Numbered from the stretch's first letter, positions 32,439 to 43,198 are shown. The stretch: DNA of 64,000 nt from Sphingobacteriales bacterium (GCA_016721245.1 JADKIQ010000004.1:152442-216441), one strand, 5' to 3'. Notes: generated by a model not told the origin, from the sequence alone. Made by a program: numbers and translations.

Positions 32439-33458
32439 TTACATCGCCACCATCAAATTACATCCGCGAATATCCGAATTGTCTAATCTTCCCAGCACTT
32501 CAAATTCGCTTTCACTTTTGATATTAACTAAATCCTGCGTGGCAATAAATGCACAGGAATAAATATTCGCCAGATCAATTACATTCAAGCCGCCACGTCC
32601 CTGAGTTGCAGATACATTCATTGGGTCATAAATATCTCGCTTTAAGATTTTCATCCATTTCGGCACTTCAAAAATGCCGCTTCCTTTGGAATATCCCTGT
32701 GATAATAATTCCGTCATTCCGTATTCGGAATGAATGGTTTTTACATTAAATGCTTTCGTTAAAATGGTATGCACTTCCTCACGGGTCAGTTCCTCGCGTC
32801 TGCCTTTCATGCCGCCGGTTTCCATGATAATAACATCGGATAAGTCCATCGGAAATTTTTCTGCAAAATCCAGCAAAGCGAAAGTGACACCAATTAACAG
32901 AATCTTCGATTTGTGTTCCGAAATTTCGGAAGCGATTTGTGATTTGAGATATTTTATTTTTACAGCTAATTCTTCTAAATTATTCAGATAAAATCCGGAA
33001 TGTTCGTTTTTTGTTTTTTTTATTAAATCATCTACCATGTACACCAGCGAGGAAGTGTCGCGTTCCAGATAAGAGGGAAGGAGTGCAAGAATAGTAAAGT
33101 CCTCTATCTTGCCGTAAAACTGTTGAAATCCTTTGTCAAAACTTTCTTCATATAATGCTAAGTCGGCTACCAGATGTTTGCTGGTAATTTGCCCGGTGGT
33201 ACCGCTGCTTTCAAATATTTTTTGCGTTTCCGCGTTTTCAGTTAGAATACGGTGTGTTTTGAAGAATTCTATCGGTAAAAATGGAATTTGCTGAACAGTT
33301 TGAACCTCCGCAGCGTTTATTTTTAAGTAGTCGACAAATTGCTTGTAAACCAAATTGTGTGTATATTGGAAATCGAAAAGTTGAAGTGCAATTTCTTCAA
33401 AATTAAAATTGTCGTTTGAAAAGATTTTTTCGCGTATTTTTGAAACTGATGATTGCAC
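32439..33458 (-). CDS. LuxE/PaaK-like acyl-adenylate-forming enzyme (acyl-protein synthetase family)
   Basis: P-loop-like ESSGTTGQITSKH; METGGMKGRREE; 339 aa. Confidence 0.6.
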   Translation of the reverse strand: MQSSVSKIREKIFSNDNFNFEEIALQLFDFQYTHNLVYKQFVDYLKINAAEVQTVQQIPFLPIEFFKTHRILTENAETQKIFESSGTTGQITSKHLVADLALYEESFDKGFQQFYGKIEDFTILALLPSYLERDTSSLVYMVDDLIKKTKNEHSGFYLNNLEELAVKIKYLKSQIASEISEHKSKILLIGVTFALLDFAEKFPMDLSDVIIMETGGMKGRREELTREEVHTILTKAFNVKTIHSEYGMTELLSQGYSKGSGIFEVPKWMKILKRDIYDPMNVSATQGRGGLNVIDLANIYSCAFIATQDLVNIKSESEFEVLGRLDNSDIRGCNLMVAM

Positions 33459-33481
33459 GTAACAAAGGTATAAGAAATCTC

Positions 33482-33970
33482 ATGAAGTTAAAACTCGCCA
33501 TCATATTTGCCATTTGTTTTTTAGGAATAAATGCTTGTTTTAAGACACCGGAATATCCTGTAGAGCCTGTAATAAAATTTGCGTCTTATAGCGTTACTCA
33601 ACCCTATATAATACCTGATACCGGAAATATTAGAATTACATTTACAGATGGTGATGGAGATTTAGGTAAATTAACAAACGATGATTCCGGCTCTGTTTCA
33701 AGAATTTTTATCAAAAATGTTAAATATTCTCTTGACAAAATACCACAGGTGTTGCCAATTATCCCTCAAAAAGGAACTACAAAAGCAATTTCTGGTGCTA
33801 TTGATATAAAATTAGCAGGCAACTTGGGTATTGGTTTGTTCGATGAATCCTCTTGTCTTTTATTTCAGCACCCTTACGATACATTAGTTTTTGAGATATA
33901 CATAAAAGACAGGGCAGGACATATAAGCAATGTTATAACTACACCGCCGCTGGTTGTTTCGTGCCCTTAA
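33482..33970 (+). CDS. hypothetical lipoprotein
   Basis: Start at the ATG at 33482 (MKLKLAIIFAICFLGINAC lipobox). Confidence 0.5.
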   Translation: MKLKLAIIFAICFLGINACFKTPEYPVEPVIKFASYSVTQPYIIPDTGNIRITFTDGDGDLGKLTNDDSGSVSRIFIKNVKYSLDKIPQVLPIIPQKGTTKAISGAIDIKLAGNLGIGLFDESSCLLFQHPYDTLVFEIYIKDRAGHISNVITTPPLVVSCP

Positions 33971-34050
33971 TAATAAACTTCGCTTAATGCATAATTAATC
34001 TTCTCTGAGCGCTTGTAGTATACTATTTGCTATAATTTTGCTTTCCCGAG

Positions 34051-35337
34051 ATGAAACCCATAGATGTAATAATAGTAGGTGCCGGATTTACCGGCTTGTC
34101 AGCAGCTTATTACCTTCAGCGCAAAGGTCTGAATGTAAAAGTGCTGGAGGTTTCTTCACAGGCGGGAGGCAGGGCACGCTCTGATAAAATGGATGGTTTC
34201 ACGCTGGACAGAGGGGTGCATTTTTATCATCATTCCACTACGGAACTGGCTAAAATCATTAATCTCAGCAAGCTGGAACTGAAAAATTCATACCCGGGAT
34301 ACCTTTTGCACTATCAGGGAACCTTTAATCTCTTTACAAATCCTTTATATCAAACTATTGATACGGTTTCTACAGCATTGGCAAAAAATGCTTCTTTTAC
34401 CGATAAAATTCGATTATTTGGTTTGTATGCAAAATTAAAAACTTCCACCTACAATAAACTGGTGAAAGAACCGGATTCTTCCACGTTTGAGTATCTGTCG
34501 AAAACAGGTTTCAGCAAAAAACTGATTGACTCGTTTTTCAGGCCTATGCTGGCGGCCAATATTTTTGACTATAATTTACAGTCCTCTTCCCGTTTTTCGA
34601 AAGTATATTTGAAATCCTTGTTCCAGGATCATGTAGCTTTGCCAAAGGATGGAATTGGCAAAATTGCTTCTTCTATCGCTGCACAATTGGATGATAACAC
34701 GATTTCTTTTAAAACCAAAGTAAAGAGAATAACGGATAATGGGGTAGAGCTGATAAACGGCGATTTTATAGAATCTAAATTTGTTGTAGTAGCAACTAAT
34801 GCCATTGACGCTAATTTAATGGCAGGTGAAAAAATAATGCCGGCTGAATGCTCCCACGTTTCTACTTTATATTTTACAACAGATAAAGCACCGCTTAGCA
34901 AGCCGGTTGTGATATTAAACGGAAACAACGGAACCACCATTGTAAACCATGTTTTTGTGCCCTCTTTGCTACATCCGGAGTATGCACCCAAAGGAAAGCA
35001 TTTGGTTGCTGTAAACGTGGTAAAAGAGCATGATTTGGATGATGAAGAATTGGAAGTTAAATGCCTGACCGAATTATCGGAATGGTTTGGATTGAAAGTG
35101 ATGGACTGGCAGCATCTTAAAACCTATCACATCAAATATGCCATGCCGTTTAAACCGATTTTAGATGAAGTAAAATTCTCTAAAAAAATCAGTAATACAG
35201 TTTATGCCTGTGGCGATAGTTTATCTGTTGGTAGTATGGAATCTGCATTGCGCTCCGGCAGGGAAACGGCAGATATTATTGCACAGGAATTTGTAAAAGG
35301 CAATCACAAAAAACGTGATTTTGCAGAAAGTAACTAG
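34051..35337 (+). CDS. NAD(P)/FAD-dependent oxidoreductase (amine oxidase / protoporphyrinogen-phytoene desaturase-like fold)
   Basis: Rossmann motif VIIVGAGFTGLSAAYYL...LEVSSQAGGRA. C-terminal CGDS...GSMESALRSG. Confidence 0.75.
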   Translation: MKPIDVIIVGAGFTGLSAAYYLQRKGLNVKVLEVSSQAGGRARSDKMDGFTLDRGVHFYHHSTTELAKIINLSKLELKNSYPGYLLHYQGTFNLFTNPLYQTIDTVSTALAKNASFTDKIRLFGLYAKLKTSTYNKLVKEPDSSTFEYLSKTGFSKKLIDSFFRPMLAANIFDYNLQSSSRFSKVYLKSLFQDHVALPKDGIGKIASSIAAQLDDNTISFKTKVKRITDNGVELINGDFIESKFVVVATNAIDANLMAGEKIMPAECSHVSTLYFTTDKAPLSKPVVILNGNNGTTIVNHVFVPSLLHPEYAPKGKHLVAVNVVKEHDLDDEELEVKCLTELSEWFGLKVMDWQHLKTYHIKYAMPFKPILDEVKFSKKISNTVYACGDSLSVGSMESALRSGRETADIIAQEFVKGNHKKRDFAESN

Positions 35338-35361
35338 TTGTATTCTATCTTAAATTTTCAA

Positions 35362-35610
35362 TTATAAAATATTGCGCTGGTAGGTTTCTCCTCGGCTTTT
35401 ATTCATATCCGAAAAGCGCTTTAAACATTCATTCAGAAAGGTTTCATCCACCAGTTTTTCAATATCTGCCATCGTGCGCAGATTATCGTCTTCGTTAAAC
35501 TTATACGTTTGTTCCAGCATATTTGCTTCCAGTTTCAGTACATACCGGTTGTTCATCTGCATTACGGTGATTTTTATAACCGGGTGTTCTATTTGTCCTA
35601 CTATTCTCAT
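35362..35610 (-). CDS. small hypothetical protein (start uncertain)
   Basis: The listed start (35649) abuts the upstream terminator, so the ATG at 35610 (MRIVGQIEHP) is preferred. Confidence 0.35.
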   Translation of the reverse strand: MRIVGQIEHPVIKITVMQMNNRYVLKLEANMLEQTYKFNEDDNLRTMADIEKLVDETFLNECLKRFSDMNKSRGETYQRNIL

Positions 35611-35652
35611 ATGTCTTCTAATCGGAGTGAAGAATCTTTTGAATAACAAAGA

Positions 35653-35688
35653 TAAAAAAAAGAGCCGCTCTTTATATTGGCGGCTCTT
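35653..35688 (-). terminator. rho-independent terminator (minus strand)
   Basis: AGAGCCGC/GCGGCTCT stem flanked by an A-run and a T-run. On the minus strand the hairpin is followed by T8. Confidence 0.75.
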
Positions 35689-35715
35689 TTTAAAAATGCA
35701 ATCTGTTTTACAGGA

Positions 35716-36111
35716 TTACGCTGTAGCTTTTTTCGCTTTAGAAGTAGCTTTTTTTACTTCAGCTTTAACTTCTTTCACCTGATGTTCAACTTTTGCAGAA
35801 GCATCGTTGAATAAACCTTTAACTCGGTCAGCATTTCTGTTGAACGTAGTTTTTAAGTCAGCTACTAAAATGTTAGCTTCTTCTTTAACATCAGCCTGAA
35901 CTTTTTCTAAAGTGAAAGGACCTTTCAATTTAGCCTGAATTCTTTCAGATGTTGATTTGAAGTGGTTTTTTTGTAACTCAACTTCTTCTTTTGCTTCACT
36001 TACAGCGTTTTTTACAGTGTTTTCTACATTGTAACGTAACTCAGTAACGTTTGCTTTTGTTTCAGCAGTAAAGCTGTCTACAGCTTCTTTGAATTTTTGT
36101 GCGAATTCCAT
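35716..36111 (-). CDS. K/E/A-rich helical-repeat protein (apolipoprotein/LEA-like), function unknown
   Basis: 131 aa with no TM helix. Repetitive amphipathic helices (VKNAVSEAKEEVE..., VKEVKAEVKKATSKAKKATA). Confidence 0.5.
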   Translation of the reverse strand: MEFAQKFKEAVDSFTAETKANVTELRYNVENTVKNAVSEAKEEVELQKNHFKSTSERIQAKLKGPFTLEKVQADVKEEANILVADLKTTFNRNADRVKGLFNDASAKVEHQVKEVKAEVKKATSKAKKATA

Positions 36112-36150
36112 TTTTAAAAAGATTTAATTGTTTGTCAATATTTGACACTA

Positions 36151-36158
36151 CAAAGTTA
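36151..36158 (-). promoter_or_regulatory. -7 promoter box (TAACTTTG on the minus strand)
   Basis: CAAAGTTA on the plus strand, ~40 nt upstream of the ATG at 36111. The palindrome GTCAATATTTGAC (36134-36146) lies between the box and the start codon. Confidence 0.5.
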
Positions 36159-36404
36159 CATCAGAACGTTGATGTTTGTCAACTATTTCCAATTACGAAA
36201 GTTTGATTTAAAAATGTATTTCTTGTAAAAGCGAAGTTAAACCAATGTGAACTTTAAACTTGCCGAAACAAACTGTCATTGTTTGTGAAGTGAACGTAAA
36301 CTTAAGTTGGATTTGATGTATACTGTGTTAAATTAATAATTATGAAAGTTTTTAAACTTTCAATAAATAATGAAATTTTGAATTGAAAAATCAACAAAAC
36401 AAAT

Positions 36405-36435
36405 AAAAAAACGAGGTATATTGGGAATACCTCGT
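36405..36435 (-). terminator. rho-independent terminator (minus strand)
   Basis: ACGAGGTAT/ATACCTCGT 9-bp stem. A T-run follows on the minus strand. Confidence 0.75.
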
Positions 36436-36475
36436 CAATTAAAAAAGCCGTATTAAAAAAGAAATGTATTTGAAT

Positions 36476-36892
36476 TTATTTCAACGCCACATTATAGTCA
36501 GAAGCTTCTCTGGAAAAGATAACATGACTGAAATTTTGTCCTAACACCAAATCTTTGCCTATAAAGAAATAGGTAGTAATCAGATTAAAATCAATACCTG
36601 TATACGAAATATTGATTTTATTATTGACAGATTTCCATTTACCTTTGAGTGTTTTCACCAGATTATTCTTTTTATCATAGAATTCGTGTTTAAAAGTATG
36701 ATTGGACTCAAAGGTGAAATATTCTGACGGATAATCCCGCTTATCCTGAAATACTTTCTGAAAATCATTCACCGCTGTTTTATTGCTGAATTTCCAGGTG
36801 CCGATAAAAGGGTCTTTTGTTTCATTTTTTCGTTGTGCTAATGCTGTAACAACTGCTGCTACAAAACACATTAGAAAAAATGCCTTTTTCAT
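36476..36892 (-). CDS. secreted lipocalin-like hypothetical protein
   Basis: Signal peptide; GTWKF motif; 138 aa, beta-rich. Confidence 0.45.
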   Translation of the reverse strand: MKKAFFLMCFVAAVVTALAQRKNETKDPFIGTWKFSNKTAVNDFQKVFQDKRDYPSEYFTFESNHTFKHEFYDKKNNLVKTLKGKWKSVNNKINISYTGIDFNLITTYFFIGKDLVLGQNFSHVIFSREASDYNVALK

Positions 36893-37015
36893 ATGTTATG
36901 CTTTTTTGTTTTATGGTATACCAAAATTGCATAAACTCTTGATATAAATCAAGGATTAATGAGTAAGCGGTAGGTTTAGTTTAGTAAGTGGTAATTAAAA
37001 CATCAAAACAGATGC

Positions 37016-38101
37016 TTATTGAACTCTAACCCGCTGTAATTTGCTGTTTTTAAGGTGTCTTTCAATAGCCAGATGAATCAGTTTTTCAATTAAATCTGCA
37101 TATTTCAGTCCGGAATGCTCCCATAATTTAGGATACATGGAGATAGAGGTAAAACCTGGTAGTGTATTGGGTTCATTTATAACCACTTCATTATTTTCAG
37201 TTAAAAACACATCTACTCTGGATAAACCTTCCAAGCCTAAAGCATGATAGGCTTTTCTGGCAGTTTCCTGAATTTTCTTCAATTGCTCTTCCGAAATATC
37301 CGGAGCCGGAATATAAATCTTAGCATTATCGTTTACGTACTTATTTTCAAAGTCATAAAACCCTTTTTCCATTACAATTTCGCCAACTGTGCTGGTTTCA
37401 ATCAATTCATTTCCTAAAACAGCACATTCTAACTCTCTTCCGATAACAGCCTGCTCTACAAGCACTTTGGTGTCAAATTTAAAAGCTTCTGTTAAAGCAT
37501 TATGGAATTCAGTCTCATTGGTAGCTCTGCTAACACCCACAGAAGAACCCATATTGCAGGGCTTTACAAATAAAACAGTTCCCAGTTCATTTATGGTAGC
37601 TGCATAAGAAATATGGTCCGCTTCGTGTTTGTAAAAGGTGATTCCTTTGGCATGTCCGATACCGGCGTCCCGCAAGATACGTTTTGTGAAATCTTTATCC
37701 ATAGCTACCGCAGAACCTAACACAGACGGCCCCACAAACGGAATATCCAACTGTAAAAATACCCCCTGTAAAGTGCCGTCTTCGCCATTCGGTCCGTGTG
37801 TAATCGGAAATACGGCTTTCAAATCATCTAAATATTGCTGATTATCGAGACGGATTAGTTTCTGTTGTTCATTTCCAAAAACTACTGCGAGTTGCGGCGC
37901 CTGTCTGCCAATCACACATTTTGTATCCTGTAAATTAGCCTCACTTTCCAGATACCATTTGCCATCCTGAGCAATGCCTATCAGGGTTACCTCAAATTTT
38001 GTCTTATCGATGGCATTGTAAATATTTCTTGCAGATACGATGGATACTTCATGTTCCGGCGATTTGCCGCCAAAAATTAAACCTATTTTTTGTGTTGACA
38101 T
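37016..38101 (-). CDS. ddl: D-alanine--D-alanine ligase
   Basis: IFGGKSPEHEVSIVSA; ATP-grasp domain; 361 aa. Confidence 0.95.
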   Translation of the reverse strand: MSTQKIGLIFGGKSPEHEVSIVSARNIYNAIDKTKFEVTLIGIAQDGKWYLESEANLQDTKCVIGRQAPQLAVVFGNEQQKLIRLDNQQYLDDLKAVFPITHGPNGEDGTLQGVFLQLDIPFVGPSVLGSAVAMDKDFTKRILRDAGIGHAKGITFYKHEADHISYAATINELGTVLFVKPCNMGSSVGVSRATNETEFHNALTEAFKFDTKVLVEQAVIGRELECAVLGNELIETSTVGEIVMEKGFYDFENKYVNDNAKIYIPAPDISEEQLKKIQETARKAYHALGLEGLSRVDVFLTENNEVVINEPNTLPGFTSISMYPKLWEHSGLKYADLIEKLIHLAIERHLKNSKLQRVRVQ

Positions 38102-38202
38102 GGATATTGCTTTGATTTTGTAAATATAGAGTTACTAACAATATCTGAACAATAAAAGTGCTATTTTTATTTAAAAAAAATGTTGGTTACAACATAATTG
38201 GA

Positions 38203-38210
38203 TATATTTG
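38203..38210 (+). promoter_or_regulatory. -7 promoter box (TATATTTG)
   Basis: Perfect TAnnTTTG, 25 nt before the ATG at 38236. Confidence 0.5.
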
Positions 38211-38235
38211 ACGTTTGAAGATTAAAGCTATTTGA

Positions 38236-39045
38236 ATGGGAAAAACTCCTTTGACTATACTTGGTATTTTAGGTGCATCTGTCGCATTGCTGCTCGTTAC
38301 ATTTTTTGGATTGAGCTGGTATACCAATCATGGAGATTTCGTCGTGGTGCCTAACATAAAAGGTAAGTCCATGTATGATGCAAAAAAAGAACTTGGTAAT
38401 TACGATCTGGACTATGTTGTATCTGATTCTACTTATGATGAATCAAAACCGCCTTTAAGTGTACTGGACCAACAACCTCGTAAAGGAGCCAAAGTAAAAG
38501 AAAACAGAAAAATATATATCACATTAAATGCTTCAGCGCCACCAAGTGTGAAAATTCCCAGTATCATTGATAACTCAAGACGTCAGGCAGAATTAATACT
38601 TAACAGTTGGGGCTTAAAACTCGGAAACCTGATTTACATTCCGGACATGGCTAAAGATGCGGTATTAAACATTCAGGTAAAAGGTAAAATCGTAAAACCC
38701 GGTACCATCGTTCAGAAAGGTACCGCAATTGATTTGGTATTAGGAGATGGCTTTGGTAATCAGATAGCGGAAGTACCGCCACTGGTAGATTTAACCGTTT
38801 TGGAAGCCAGAGCGGTTTTGGAAGCTGTGCATCTGAATGTAGGTATGATTCTGGGTGATGGCACTATTGATGATACACTGGCAGCATATGTTTATGACCA
38901 GGAGCCTAAATTCGGACAACCCGGAAAATTAGGTCCGGGTAATTCGGTGCAGTTATTTATCCGTCAAAATAAAATTGAAACAGCCTTAGAAAGCGAAGGA
39001 ATGAATAAATTAAAACCCAGAGATAAAACTGCGGATAATCAATAA
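38236..39045 (+). CDS. PASTA domain-containing membrane protein
   Basis: N-terminal TM helix followed by three PASTA-like repeats (VPNIKGKS..., IPSIIDNSRRQAE..., VPPLVDLTVLEAR...). Confidence 0.8.
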   Translation: MGKTPLTILGILGASVALLLVTFFGLSWYTNHGDFVVVPNIKGKSMYDAKKELGNYDLDYVVSDSTYDESKPPLSVLDQQPRKGAKVKENRKIYITLNASAPPSVKIPSIIDNSRRQAELILNSWGLKLGNLIYIPDMAKDAVLNIQVKGKIVKPGTIVQKGTAIDLVLGDGFGNQIAEVPPLVDLTVLEARAVLEAVHLNVGMILGDGTIDDTLAAYVYDQEPKFGQPGKLGPGNSVQLFIRQNKIETALESEGMNKLKPRDKTADNQ

Positions 39046-39061
39046 CGAACGATCGTATAAA

Positions 39062-40966
39062 ATGAATAGATTTTTTACATACATTTTTTTATTAACGATT
39101 TCGCTTCCGGCATTCTCTCAAAAAGAATCTTTGGTTTCATTTCAGCATCATCCCGGGATGAATGCTTTGACGAATGCCGATTTTTTACAAAAGAAAGCAA
39201 ATAGAAGAATAGCTTCCTTGTCTTTACCATTCTTCGATGATTTTTATCAAAATGAAATATATCCGAATCCCGGACTTTGGCAGGATAATTTTGTGTTTAT
39301 CAATACTACTTATCCTAAAGAAACCATAACGGTTGGCGTGGCCACCTTCGATGGCACAGATGCCAGAGGTAAACCATATAATGTAAATGCAAATCCCAAT
39401 TTATCACTTGCAGCCGATAAGCTGACATCTAATCCAATTGATTTATCCGGCTTAAATTCTTCCAGTAATGTATTCCTGAGTTTCTATTACCTTCAAAGTG
39501 ATTTTGGGGAAACGCCTCGAGCTCCAAACGATTTGCTTACGGTACAGTTTTTGGATACCTCCGGCAACTGGAATATAGTTTGGCAAAAAACAGCAGATGC
39601 GGTTTTAAATATGCGACAAGTATTTCTGAAAGTTGATTCTATATACTTAAACGGTAATTTTCAATTTAGATTTCAATCTTTCGGAAATGTTACAGGAGCT
39701 AACGATATATGGCATGTAGATTATGTGAAATTAGATAAAAACAGAGATACAGCCGCCGAAAGAAACATCAAAGAAATGGCGTACGAATTTTTGCCCCCAA
39801 GTATGCTTAAAAATTATTATGTGATGCCGTATAATCAGTTTGATTCAACGGATTTAGCAGATACAGTGCGTTTGTTGGTTAGAAATAATTTTATTAATGC
39901 CACTACAGATATAGTCGATTTTTATGATGCGACAGTGGTTAATACAGCCACTAATATTGTATCTTTTAACGGACCATCAAGAGACTTCGGACCGCTTTCT
40001 GTTAATGAAATTAAATATCCGAAATTCAACATACCGACAGATATAATTGGCGATACGGTAACCATAAAAGTAGATTATTTCTATAATGTATCCGCAGAAG
40101 CGGGAGAACCGGCAAAAGTACAGGCGAATAACGCGGTAACCCATAATCAGGTGTTCAGTAATTTCTTTGCCTATGATGATGGTACACCAGAACGTGGTTA
40201 TTGGTTGCAAGATGAATCTGACTATGTAATGGCCGTAAAATATTGGCTTCGAAAACCAGATACAATTCAGGCGGTTAAATTGCAACTTTTTCCGGTAAGG
40301 GCTGATAATGCTCTGGCAAGGTTCAGTATTTGTATCTGGAAAAACTTTACACTTAGATCTGTTTACAATGCAGCTGACATGATATATCAGCAAAGCAACC
40401 TAAAGTTGTCCGACTTAATAGCTGAATATGGTGTCGATACTTTAAATGGCTATTATTATGCGCCTATAAAACCTCAATTTGTAAAAAACGGGGCAAGTTT
40501 TCCATTAATTTTGAGCGATTCATTCGCAATAGGTTTAATTGTGGAAACTCCTAATTCACTAACCGTGGGTTTTGACAGAAATAACAATAAGTCCTTTTAT
40601 AATTACTTTGTAGAGAAAGAAAAGAATAAATGGTCTCGTTCCACTCTTCCAGGTACCATGATCATTAATCTGGTTACAGGCAAATCATTACCAGGATATC
40701 TCACACCGGTGAAAGAAATTAAGACGCCGAAATACGAAGTAAAAATATTTCCGAATCCAACCCGGGATCAATTATTTGTGGAAGGAATCACTGAAAAAAG
40801 CCTCATTGAGATTTTTTCCATAAATGGCAGCTTAATACAGCAGTCACAGTTATCGCAATCCAATTATATTTCAGTTAATGAACTTCCTGCCGCTACGTAT
40901 GTTATTAAAATAACGAATCTGATGACCAATCAGACGGGAACATCAAAATTTATTAAAAGTGAATGA
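39062..40966 (+). CDS. secreted protein with a T9SS type A C-terminal sorting domain
   Basis: Signal peptide. C-terminal KIFPNPTRDQLFVEG...LPAATYVIKITN. Confidence 0.8.
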   Translation: MNRFFTYIFLLTISLPAFSQKESLVSFQHHPGMNALTNADFLQKKANRRIASLSLPFFDDFYQNEIYPNPGLWQDNFVFINTTYPKETITVGVATFDGTDARGKPYNVNANPNLSLAADKLTSNPIDLSGLNSSSNVFLSFYYLQSDFGETPRAPNDLLTVQFLDTSGNWNIVWQKTADAVLNMRQVFLKVDSIYLNGNFQFRFQSFGNVTGANDIWHVDYVKLDKNRDTAAERNIKEMAYEFLPPSMLKNYYVMPYNQFDSTDLADTVRLLVRNNFINATTDIVDFYDATVVNTATNIVSFNGPSRDFGPLSVNEIKYPKFNIPTDIIGDTVTIKVDYFYNVSAEAGEPAKVQANNAVTHNQVFSNFFAYDDGTPERGYWLQDESDYVMAVKYWLRKPDTIQAVKLQLFPVRADNALARFSICIWKNFTLRSVYNAADMIYQQSNLKLSDLIAEYGVDTLNGYYYAPIKPQFVKNGASFPLILSDSFAIGLIVETPNSLTVGFDRNNNKSFYNYFVEKEKNKWSRSTLPGTMIINLVTGKSLPGYLTPVKEIKTPKYEVKIFPNPTRDQLFVEGITEKSLIEIFSINGSLIQQSQLSQSNYISVNELPAATYVIKITNLMTNQTGTSKFIKSE

Positions 40967-41363
40967 TTCAGATAAAATTGTTTTGTTTGACGGTGTTTGT
41001 AATTTCTGCGCCACCAGTGTGCAGTTTATAATTCGCCATGACAAAACCAACTCTTTGAAATTCTCCAGTTTGCAATCAGCGCTGGGGCAGGAATTGCTGA
41101 CAAAATACAATATGTCAAAAGATCTGGAAGGTGTTGTTTTTATTGAAAATAATAAGGCATACTTTAAATCTGCCGCAGCGTTTAAAATTGTACGTTATTT
41201 CGGCGGATTCTGGCGGATTTTGAATGTATTTTCCATTCTTCCTTTGTTTGTTACAGATTTTGGATACGACATCATTGCTAAAAACAGATATCGCTGGTTC
41301 GGCAAAAAAGACAGCTGCATGATTCCTTCTCCGGAAATCAGAAGCCGATTTTTAGATGTTTAA
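40959..41363 (+). CDS. thiol-disulfide oxidoreductase DCC family (DUF393)
   Basis: LFDGVCNFCATSVQFI. GTG start overlapping the upstream stop. Confidence 0.8.
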   Translation: MNDSDKIVLFDGVCNFCATSVQFIIRHDKTNSLKFSSLQSALGQELLTKYNMSKDLEGVVFIENNKAYFKSAAAFKIVRYFGGFWRILNVFSILPLFVTDFGYDIIAKNRYRWFGKKDSCMIPSPEIRSRFLDV

Positions 41364-41409
41364 GGAATTTATTTTCCTGCAAAAATTTTCTTTCAATCTT
41401 CTTTCTAAT

Positions 41410-41417
41410 TATCTTTG
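41410..41417 (+). promoter_or_regulatory. -7 promoter box (TATCTTTG)
   Basis: Perfect TAnnTTTG upstream of the YebC-family gene. Confidence 0.55.
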
Positions 41418-41460
41418 CAGTCTTAAAATCATTCATTTTTAAATTCAATAATTAACAACT

Positions 41461-42171
41461 ATGGGACGCGCGTTTGAATATCGTAAAGCAGCAAAATTTG
41501 CACGTTGGGACAAAATGGCGAAAGCCTTCACCAGAGCAGGAAGAGAAATAGCGATGGCCGTAAAAGAAGGCGGACCAAGCCCTGATACCAACTCCAACTT
41601 ACGAAGAGCGATACAAAATGCCAAATCGGCACAAATGCCCAAGGACAGGATAGATGCCGCCATCAAAAGAGCCTCTTCCAAAGATGATAAAGGATTTACA
41701 GTAGTTGTTTACGAAGGTATGGGGCCACACGGTGTTGCTATCGTTGTTGAGTCTGCCACAGATAACCCAACCCGAACCGTTGCAAATTTACGTGTAATAT
41801 TTAATAAAAACGGAGGCTCTATGGGAACACAGGGCATGCATGATTTTATTTTTGATCGCAAAGGCGTCTTTAAAATCAATGCCGCAAATGTGGATGCAGA
41901 AGAACTGGAATTTGAACTGATTGATGCAGGCCTGGACAGTATGGAAAAAGATGAAGAGAATCACCTGATTTTATACACTAAATTTGCAGATTTCGGCTCT
42001 TTACAAAAAGCACTGGAAGATAAAAATATAGAAGTAATCAGTGCAGAATTGCAACGTATTCCAAACATTCATAAAGAACTGAACGAGCAAGATACAGACG
42101 ATGTACTGGAACTGATTGATAAACTGGAACAGGACGATGATGTTCAAACAGTTTTTCATAACTTGGCATAA
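41461..42171 (+). CDS. yebC: YebC/PmpR family DNA-binding transcriptional regulator
   Basis: MGRAFEYRKAAKFARWDKMAK; 236 aa. Confidence 0.95.
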   Translation: MGRAFEYRKAAKFARWDKMAKAFTRAGREIAMAVKEGGPSPDTNSNLRRAIQNAKSAQMPKDRIDAAIKRASSKDDKGFTVVVYEGMGPHGVAIVVESATDNPTRTVANLRVIFNKNGGSMGTQGMHDFIFDRKGVFKINAANVDAEELEFELIDAGLDSMEKDEENHLILYTKFADFGSLQKALEDKNIEVISAELQRIPNIHKELNEQDTDDVLELIDKLEQDDDVQTVFHNLA

Positions 42172-42223
42172 TGTTTGAAAGTTAACTGCTCAATTATTTT
42201 TTAATAGTTTTAAAATACACATC

Positions 42224-43147
42224 ATGAACAGAATATTTATATTGCCCTTTGTTCTTTTCTTCAGTATTCTGTCGGCTTTTGCTCAGCCTCAGCCTACCGG
42301 TGCATTAACCATTTTCTCAGAAGACGGAGATAAGTTTTTTTTGATCCTCAACGGCGAGCCACAAAATAACATCGCACAGTCCAATATCCGTGTGGAAGAT
42401 TTACCGCAACCGTATTATACAGCTAAAATTGTTTTTGAAAACAAAGCATATCCGGAAATCTTAAAGAAAAACCTCATGGTAGCTGATTTTGATGGTAATT
42501 TCTTAGACGTGACCTACAAGATAAAACACGATAAGTCAGATATGCCTAAAATGGCTTCCATACCGTATTCATCCATTCCGGCACAACAGGGATTTATAGC
42601 GCCTTCTAATGTGTATGTTGCTCATTATGGTGTTCAGTTGCCACCACCTGCAGCAGTGACTACCACCACCACCACCACTACTACGACCAACAACGTAAAT
42701 GGTGCGAATGTGAATGTAAACGCTATGGGGATTAATATGAATGTAAATATTTCAGATCCGTTTTTAAATGGAAGCGTTCAAACAACTACAACGGAAAGTA
42801 CTACCATTTCCGGAAATAATCCACCGCCAAGACCAGCTAACAGAGGTTGTATCAATAATTATGCAATGTCTCCGTCCAATTTTTCAGCTGCTTTGGCTAC
42901 CCTGAAGAATCAATCTTTTGAAGATGCTAAATTGTCTACGGCAAAGCAGATAGCCGGTTCAAACTGCCTGAGTGCAGCCCAAATAAGCGATATCTGTAAG
43001 TTATTCAACTTTGAAGATTCAAAACTGGATTTTGCAAAATTTGCATATGTACGTTGTACAGAACCGGGTAATTATTTCATCGTAAATAATGTTTTTAATT
43101 TCAGCGGAAGTGTGGATGATCTGAATGAATTTATACAGAGTCGTTAA
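42224..43147 (+). CDS. secreted DUF4476-like protein with a poly-Thr / NVN low-complexity linker
   Basis: Signal peptide; T10 run; C-terminal FEDAKLSTAKQIA...FEDSKLDFAKFAY. Confidence 0.65.
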   Translation: MNRIFILPFVLFFSILSAFAQPQPTGALTIFSEDGDKFFLILNGEPQNNIAQSNIRVEDLPQPYYTAKIVFENKAYPEILKKNLMVADFDGNFLDVTYKIKHDKSDMPKMASIPYSSIPAQQGFIAPSNVYVAHYGVQLPPPAAVTTTTTTTTTTNNVNGANVNVNAMGINMNVNISDPFLNGSVQTTTTESTTISGNNPPPRPANRGCINNYAMSPSNFSAALATLKNQSFEDAKLSTAKQIAGSNCLSAAQISDICKLFNFEDSKLDFAKFAYVRCTEPGNYFIVNNVFNFSGSVDDLNEFIQSR

Positions 43148-43171
43148 TAAATAAGCATAATCCGAATATAC

Positions 43172-43198
43172 ATCCTGCCATCTTTGGCGGGATTTTTT
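43172..43198 (+). terminator. rho-independent terminator
   Basis: ATCCTGCC/GGCGGGAT stem (one G-U pair) followed by T6. Confidence 0.7.
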